From Escherichia phage FFH2: a stretch of DNA of 64,000 nucleotides. Shown here one piece after another: positions 58,481 through 64,000 of the stretch (position 1 is the stretch's first letter; every line of letters starts with the position of its first letter). Location of the stretch: the sequence record KJ190158; one strand, given 5' to 3'. Under the pieces are notes generated by a model. That model saw only the letters and a list, made by a program, of their open reading frames with translations. It searched no databases and had not been told where the DNA came from. Made by a program: the position numbers and the translations under genes.

Positions 58481-58963
58481 TTAAACCCGGATACCTATTG
58501 TATACTCGGTGGATACCAATGTCAAATCTAAATTTAAAATTTCTTGCATCTCATAGTATGCGTCCAGGGTGAGATACATTTCCCCATCCTTTTCTACATA
58601 TTTGTCCAAGTGCTTGAGGCATTTCGGATAACTATCAAGTGCAGCTTTCAGGCACTCAAACTCTGTGCTGTTGATGAACCCTTCCATCTTGGCTACCCGT
58701 TCTGGGGTAACGATAGCACTGTAGTGAGATTTAGCTTCCTGAATGCAATGCGTCCAAGCATCAACCTTCTCTTCGAAAAGCCCGAAGAACTTCTTTTTGG
58801 TGAGCTTCAGATTCTTCAAGTGCTTAAGCACTCGGTTGCCGATTACAGCCACATCACGAAACTTAAGGATCACCTTGTCGATATCCTCGCGGCCTATTTT
58901 CACAAAGCAGGCTTCGCACATTTCAGGGGCTGCGTAACCTACTTTCCACATAAAATCTGACAT
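58481..58963 (-). CDS. hypothetical protein
   Basis: 160-aa ORF with an AAGGAGAAGG SD. Confidence 0.6.
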   Translation of the reverse strand: MSDFMWKVGYAAPEMCEACFVKIGREDIDKVILKFRDVAVIGNRVLKHLKNLKLTKKKFFGLFEEKVDAWTHCIQEAKSHYSAIVTPERVAKMEGFINSTEFECLKAALDSYPKCLKHLDKYVEKDGEMYLTLDAYYEMQEILNLDLTLVSTEYTIGIRV

Positions 58964-58975
58964 ACCGCCTTCTCC

Positions 58976-59371
58976 TTATTCCTTAAAAGCTATGATATCA
59001 TAGGAACTTGCAGATGATTCTGGTGAAGAATGACTCCAGTCCAGGTCATCAGAATAGTCAGCGTACTGTGCGCCACTACGCAGTTTGTATTTTACCCACT
59101 TACCTGGTGCAGGGTTTTCACCACCTTCCCATACTTCCCAGCCTTCTGGCAGGCCGTCCTGAGCGTAGTCATCCACCTCACTAATGATCTTAGGGTTTGG
59201 CACCAAGATCCCCGCAGGCTCTTCCTTCCGGATAAGTGTCCACACAGCGTAGGTGTCTGAGCAGGCGCATGATAGTAAAGTATATCCACTATTCAGAACT
59301 TCTGCAAGCTCTTTTTCAGCATCTTCCAATTTGGTTAAGTGGTATTGGATAATCTTCACACCTGTAATCAT
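58976..59371 (-). CDS. hypothetical protein
   Basis: 131-aa ORF whose start overlaps the upstream stop. Confidence 0.55.
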   Translation of the reverse strand: MITGVKIIQYHLTKLEDAEKELAEVLNSGYTLLSCACSDTYAVWTLIRKEEPAGILVPNPKIISEVDDYAQDGLPEGWEVWEGGENPAPGKWVKYKLRSGAQYADYSDDLDWSHSSPESSASSYDIIAFKE

Positions 59372-59676
59372 CAGAAACCTCCCACTTCTTCAGCAAATGC
59401 AGCTGCTGTCGTCGCTGCATCCAGATATGACTCTAGTTCACGGGCTGCACGTTTGTAAATTGAGTGGCGCATATCGTTTGGCAGTTGGTGGAAGTCCACC
59501 TCTTCACCGTTGTGGTAAACATGCACATCAGTGATTTGTCTAAATCCATAATAGTCAACATCAGAATCACGGCACTCTGGGTCTGGCAACTGGACAACTG
59601 CCTGAGCTTCCACAGTGAACATATCGTCAAGTTCGAAATCGATTTCAAAAGTGTATGGTTTATAACGTTTCATCAT
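59371..59676 (-). CDS. hypothetical protein
   Basis: 101-aa ORF in the co-oriented array. Confidence 0.55.
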   Translation of the reverse strand: MMKRYKPYTFEIDFELDDMFTVEAQAVVQLPDPECRDSDVDYYGFRQITDVHVYHNGEEVDFHQLPNDMRHSIYKRAARELESYLDAATTAAAFAEEVGGF

Positions 59677-59689
59677 TTGATTGTACTCT

Positions 59690-61015
59690 TTATTGATCAG
59701 ACTTATCTTTCGTAATTAAGGTCGGAGTAAGTTTGTAATAGCGGAAGCCACCACCACCTTGCCAGTTTACAGACTTAGAAATACCCCCTTGATCTTCACC
59801 ATCGATCACTTTTTCCAAGCGCGGAATAATATGGGTATGACAATGATCACCTAGCTCGATTGAGATCCAACGTCTTTTCATCTTGTGAGCTACAGCAGCA
59901 GTAGTTCCCGAACCACCGAATGAATCCAATACCAAATCGCCTTCTAGCGTACACATTTCGAAAATCCGCTTCAAAAGAGCTTCTGGTTTTTTCCCATTTT
60001 TGAAACTAACGCCGCCTTCATTTGCTATTCCATTCCAACTAATGTCTGTCCAAACATCAGTTATTAGTTCTGCAGGTTGCATCTCACCGTCAATTTCCAA
60101 AAGTCTATTGGAGTAAAAGACCATTTGCCTACCATTTGCGATATAAAATCCTTCAACATCCTCATTTGGATGTACATAAACCTTATTCCTATCTCTCTTT
60201 GACTTCTCGATAGTTTCTTTTCTCTTTATTTTAGCTCCACCACCAATTGCAACAGATTGAAATACACGTTCTGCATTATCAATTGCGAATTGTGCTAATT
60301 CATCATCGAATGTATCAGGCAGTTTTTTCTTGGCTTCTTTTGCATCTTTATAGCCATTGGCCTTTGCAAACGCATCGGCAATACCGCACCACGTCCAATT
60401 TTTATAATGGTCGTCCGGGTTTAATAAGTATTTGTTATACCCTGTATCATACCCTTTAGGTATATAGATTTTGTTAAGCGGTTTCTGGGTGCGATCTTTT
60501 GCATATACAAGCAAAAAGTTTGCTGTGGAGAAAACTGTAGCTCCTGTTGCCTTAAATCCTGAAGGGGAGTTTGTGGTCATCGATATGGTATTTAACTGAT
60601 TTGCACGACCAAAAATCTCGTCCATCAAAACTTTTAAATACGCCATTTCGCAATCATCTAAGTGAACGAATATTACCCCATCATCACTTAGAAGATTACG
60701 AATTATTTCTAACCTATCCCTCATTAAGCCCAGCCAAATGGAATGCTCCAGGCTATCATCGTAGTGCTCAAAAGCCCTTCCGGTATTGAATGGTGGGTCG
60801 ATGTAAACACACTTCACTTTGCCTGTATACTCTTGCTCTAGCGCCTTCAATGCTAATAAGTTATCTCCAAAAATCAGTTTATTATCAAAAATATCGTTTT
60901 CGGTCACTTTCTGGCTGCGGTAAGACTTGCTCGAATCTTCTAACAAAATGTGCGGCTCTAGCTTTTTGCGCTCGTTTTTACCTATCCAGGTAAGTTCTAA
61001 TTTAGTTTTGCTCAT
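59690..61015 (-). CDS. DNA methyltransferase, N6/N4 class (beta-type, type III Mod-like), orphan
   Basis: VKCVYIDPPFNTG (motif IV DPPF) lies upstream of VLDSFGGSGTTAAVAHKMKRRWISIE (motif I). No Res or other endonuclease partner is nearby. Confidence 0.85.
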   Translation of the reverse strand: MSKTKLELTWIGKNERKKLEPHILLEDSSKSYRSQKVTENDIFDNKLIFGDNLLALKALEQEYTGKVKCVYIDPPFNTGRAFEHYDDSLEHSIWLGLMRDRLEIIRNLLSDDGVIFVHLDDCEMAYLKVLMDEIFGRANQLNTISMTTNSPSGFKATGATVFSTANFLLVYAKDRTQKPLNKIYIPKGYDTGYNKYLLNPDDHYKNWTWCGIADAFAKANGYKDAKEAKKKLPDTFDDELAQFAIDNAERVFQSVAIGGGAKIKRKETIEKSKRDRNKVYVHPNEDVEGFYIANGRQMVFYSNRLLEIDGEMQPAELITDVWTDISWNGIANEGGVSFKNGKKPEALLKRIFEMCTLEGDLVLDSFGGSGTTAAVAHKMKRRWISIELGDHCHTHIIPRLEKVIDGEDQGGISKSVNWQGGGGFRYYKLTPTLITKDKSDQ

Positions 61016-61076
61016 CGTTTGGTGCTCTCCTTAGTTTTTGTGGGGAGGAGTGCCTCCCCTTTATACTCACATCTTA

Positions 61077-61418
61077 CTACTCAAGGTCTTCAGAGTCAAG
61101 CTCAAAAAGAATCAAACTGTGCATGCCTGCAGAGAGATCAACACACCCTGCAACAATAAGGGTCTGATAGTAAGGTTCAGCACCCTCAATGTCTTCGTTA
61201 AAATCTACAACAAGATAGTCACCTTTGTTAAAGGTGTATTTGTCCGATGTAAACGCAAAACCTGCCCAGTCCCCGACTGCAGGATCTTTATCAGTCACCT
61301 TTGTTAGCAGCAGGTCTTTTTCACGAGATCTTTTAGTAAAATCGTGAATCACAACATCCTTCTCTTCAGGAGTTGGATTGCCACACACGTAGTTAACTAT
61401 ATTTCTCCACAAACTCAT
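61077..61418 (-). CDS. hypothetical protein
   Basis: 113-aa ORF whose start overlaps the helicase stop. Confidence 0.55.
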   Translation of the reverse strand: MSLWRNIVNYVCGNPTPEEKDVVIHDFTKRSREKDLLLTKVTDKDPAVGDWAGFAFTSDKYTFNKGDYLVVDFNEDIEGAEPYYQTLIVAGCVDLSAGMHSLILFELDSEDLE

Positions 61419-62785
61419 ACGTCCCCCTCTTCTGCTCTGGTTTCAAAATCTTTCCTGACAATTTTGTCTAAGTCAGGGAATGTTGTATTGTAAAACTCTA
61501 CGACTCGCGGGTCAACAATAATGTCAACTTCTCTTAGTGGACGCAACAAGTTTATTCCTTGTATTGTCTTAACTCTACTCAAAGCGACATACGTCATCCC
61601 AGGAGAGAAAGCTCCGTTCTTTCCAAGGTCTAGGTTGTAACAATCTAGCGTAAGTCCTTGACTTTTATGAGATGTTACGGCGTACCCAGATTTCAGAGGA
61701 AGTTGCTTGTATGACCCAATCACTACCCTCTCTATAAACTTCTCCATCTTCCTTTCTGCAATGTTGTATCTTTGAGAGGGCTTATACTCGTTATTCTCCC
61801 ACAACCTCTGCTCTATGTCAACCTGTGTTCCATCTTCAAGCTCTACCACCACCGCCTTGTTCTTAAATTTAACAATTGTGGCACGTGTTCCGTTAACATA
61901 ATAAGGTACTTTGTGCGTCGGGTCAACATCGTTGGCGGTTATCATAACTTTCATGCCAATTTTCAACTTCATCTCCTGCTCAACTGGCAGGGTGGAGGGA
62001 AACTTACCCTTCATTTCACCAGTGTATACCTTCTCTGGGGCGTTGATGGCATCATAGAACCTTCTGTTTACTTCCTCTGCTTGTTTGTTGGTGGCGCAAA
62101 TTGTGAGAGCATCTGTTGGTACACCACCTTTGTAACAGCGAGCATTAAGTTCTGCTACAACCTCTTTTATGCGACGACCCTCACGAACACAGTTGAGCAT
62201 TGTGGCAAATCGAATAGACTCCTGTCGGAACTGATCTATTAGGGCTATGTTGTGGAGGTCAAGCTCTTTCCAAGATTCGGTGTAGCAACACAGGTCCGTA
62301 TGGTAGAAGTTGAAGTAGGCTTCCTTCTCCATAGAAGAGACAACAGGAGGTGCCTGGTAAAAATCGCCAAACAATATGACCTGTATGCCTCCGAAAGGTT
62401 TGTCATTTTTTCGAAGGAAGCGGAGTTTCCTATCCATCTCTATAAACTTATCAGCACGGATCATAGAGATTTCATCGATAATTAGGATGGTAAATGCCTT
62501 GCTTTTCAAAGGCTTTGCTGTTTTTGCCCTTATTGCGGTCCAGTCCGACTCCATGCTCACACCTGCTGCAAGATCGAATGTTCGGTGTGCTGTTGCTCCA
62601 TTAACGTTTAAAGCGGCTACCCCTGTCGGGGCAACCGTTATGCAAGAGTCTCCATACATTGACTGGATCATGTTGATGAGATACGTCTTCCCACAACCTG
62701 CAGGTCCTGAAACGAAGACATTCTCACCGCTCATGATTGCAATGAGGGCAGCATCTGTGCCTACGTCATACTGCCCTTTTTCCAT
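61415..62785 (-). CDS. SF1B helicase (Pif1/RecD/Dda-like)
   Basis: Walker A (VSGPAGCGKTYL), Walker B (ILIIDEISMI), and the C-terminal TSHKSQGLT and YVALSRVK motifs typical of the Pif1/RecD family. Confidence 0.85.
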   Translation of the reverse strand: MEKGQYDVGTDAALIAIMSGENVFVSGPAGCGKTYLINMIQSMYGDSCITVAPTGVAALNVNGATAHRTFDLAAGVSMESDWTAIRAKTAKPLKSKAFTILIIDEISMIRADKFIEMDRKLRFLRKNDKPFGGIQVILFGDFYQAPPVVSSMEKEAYFNFYHTDLCCYTESWKELDLHNIALIDQFRQESIRFATMLNCVREGRRIKEVVAELNARCYKGGVPTDALTICATNKQAEEVNRRFYDAINAPEKVYTGEMKGKFPSTLPVEQEMKLKIGMKVMITANDVDPTHKVPYYVNGTRATIVKFKNKAVVVELEDGTQVDIEQRLWENNEYKPSQRYNIAERKMEKFIERVVIGSYKQLPLKSGYAVTSHKSQGLTLDCYNLDLGKNGAFSPGMTYVALSRVKTIQGINLLRPLREVDIIVDPRVVEFYNTTFPDLDKIVRKDFETRAEEGDV

Positions 62786-63990
62786 TACGCCTCCTCGTAG
62801 ATAATGTCGATGATGTTACCATCACGGTCAACTACGTATTCAATCGGATCGCCATCTTTGCGTGATTCCGGTGCTGCTACGATTTCGTAGCGGCATGCAC
62901 GGCACTTAGCACTGTTGTGTTGGTATGGCACACTAACCACATCCGCAGGGTCAACCATAACCATCATTACAGTGCCATAGCCCGCTGCATACTCTTTGCT
63001 GGCGCAGTGCAGGCCATAAGAACACGCAGCTTCCGGATCATCTTCTACAAAGTTACGAGGCATGGACACAAAAGCACCCTGGTATTGTGGAACTTTACCG
63101 CTGTGCCAATCCACCCACCTGCTCCCGTTAAACTGAACCCCCTTATAGCAAATGATTCGACCATCTTCTGCAACCTGGATGTCATTAGCCTGCATGAAAT
63201 CGTAGAGCATGTTCACAGATTTTGCAGACGGGTTGCGTAGCAGACGGACAAGGAATTTAACATATCGGTCGTCCAGTGTTCCATCTACATAATCTTCCTC
63301 AATTTTCTTTGCAATGGTGGATCGCATCTCTACACCGTAGTAGTAGAGCTTACCATCTTTCATGATCAGGTTGTCTGCAAGTGTGGTGAACTCATTCTTG
63401 CGTTCCAGCCAGACAAGGATTTCACCAATTGCCTCGTCATATTCCTGAACAGAGATATGATCGAAGACTTTCTGGTAAACTTCCTCACTTTCGCTGCGGC
63501 GAATTTCAAAAATGCCTTCGTTGCAGGTGATCTGGAGGAGTTCCCCGCAAATAACTACCAAAGGCTCGATGCTTCGAGTCTGTTGCTGAGACACACTGCT
63601 CACCACCTCCAGCACCGGATCTTTGACTTCTACTAAAGGTTCTTCTGACTTGATTGCCACTCCAGTGAACCCCACACCGTGAACAACACACAGTGGGTAT
63701 ACCACACCCCAACGTTTAACGGAACCTTCCCCTAAGTCTAAGATCATGGCGTACTTACCGTTATCTTCCAGCCCATATCGAAATAAACGGGCCTCTTCAC
63801 GGGTTTCAAAATCCTCACGGGTGTAGCAGACGCTGTCACGGTCAGGATCGAACAGCTCTGGGGCACCTACTGCCAGTGTCCAGGTTGTGTCACCTTTCTC
63901 AATGGCACATGTGAAACCCTTCTTCTCAAGTTCTGCACGGCGGTCGCGTGCTTCTTTACGAGTTTTGAAATGTTCGTAGATGAAAATCAT
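62785..63990 (-). CDS. hypothetical protein (401 aa)
   Basis: GGAGA SD. Two N-terminal repeats (REEARDRRAELEKKGFTCAIEKG... and REEARLFRYGLEDNGKYAMILDLG...). The C-terminal region has CSYGLHCAS and KCRACRYEIV. Function unknown. Confidence 0.6.
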   Translation of the reverse strand: MIFIYEHFKTRKEARDRRAELEKKGFTCAIEKGDTTWTLAVGAPELFDPDRDSVCYTREDFETREEARLFRYGLEDNGKYAMILDLGEGSVKRWGVVYPLCVVHGVGFTGVAIKSEEPLVEVKDPVLEVVSSVSQQQTRSIEPLVVICGELLQITCNEGIFEIRRSESEEVYQKVFDHISVQEYDEAIGEILVWLERKNEFTTLADNLIMKDGKLYYYGVEMRSTIAKKIEEDYVDGTLDDRYVKFLVRLLRNPSAKSVNMLYDFMQANDIQVAEDGRIICYKGVQFNGSRWVDWHSGKVPQYQGAFVSMPRNFVEDDPEAACSYGLHCASKEYAAGYGTVMMVMVDPADVVSVPYQHNSAKCRACRYEIVAAPESRKDGDPIEYVVDRDGNIIDIIYEEA

Positions 63991-64000
63991 CTTGGTCTCC

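Noticed and set aside
1-64000. A prophage, temperate element or integrative island.
   Set aside because: No integrase, excisionase, CI/Cro-like repressor pair, att-like tRNA fragment or host housekeeping gene was seen. The content (RNR, ThyX, own replisome, many orphan methyltransferases, homing endonucleases) is typical of a virulent phage.

Overview
This window is a 64-kb segment of a virulent dsDNA bacteriophage genome, roughly 44% GC by eye. Signals point to a Gram-negative, probably gamma-proteobacterial or enterobacterial host: TTGACA/TATAAT sigma70-type promoters, AGGAG-type Shine-Dalgarno (SD) sites, and an SSB ending in DDDIPF. The gene set resembles large lytic myoviruses of the rV5 or FelixO1 kind, but I cannot verify the family without a database search.

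Layout:
- 1-29.4 kb, plus strand. Recombination nucleases, an exonuclease and a DNA methyltransferase come first. A nucleotide-metabolism cluster follows: dNMP kinase, 5'-nucleotidase, thyX, nrdA, nrdB, glutaredoxin, nrdD interrupted by a group I intron carrying an HNH gene, nrdG, phoH, a ClpP-like protease and a second methyltransferase. About 45 small genes of unknown function come next, including a tandemly expanded paralogue family and a ribosome hibernation factor (HPF) homologue.
- 29.4-31.8 kb. An ORF-free, repeat-dense region between the convergent gene blocks.
- 31.8-42.2 kb, minus strand. About 35 very small genes, most with their own sigma70-like promoter, a GC hairpin and an SD, plus terminators.
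- 42.2-43.2 kb. A second ORF-free island with opposite-strand promoters, repeated GC-rich elements, Fur-box-like motifs and an A/T-rich iteron field.
- 43.2-64 kb, minus strand. Small genes, a macrodomain protein and a T7-like replication module. The module holds an SSB, a family A polymerase split in motif C by a group I intron with an HNH gene, a free-standing HNH-AP2 endonuclease, a primase-helicase, two more methyltransferases and a Pif1/Dda-like helicase.

No integrase, repressor, tRNA, rRNA or CRISPR array was seen. The most unusual content is the two noncoding islands and the repeat families they share. All functional calls rest on motif recognition by eye, and no searches were run.
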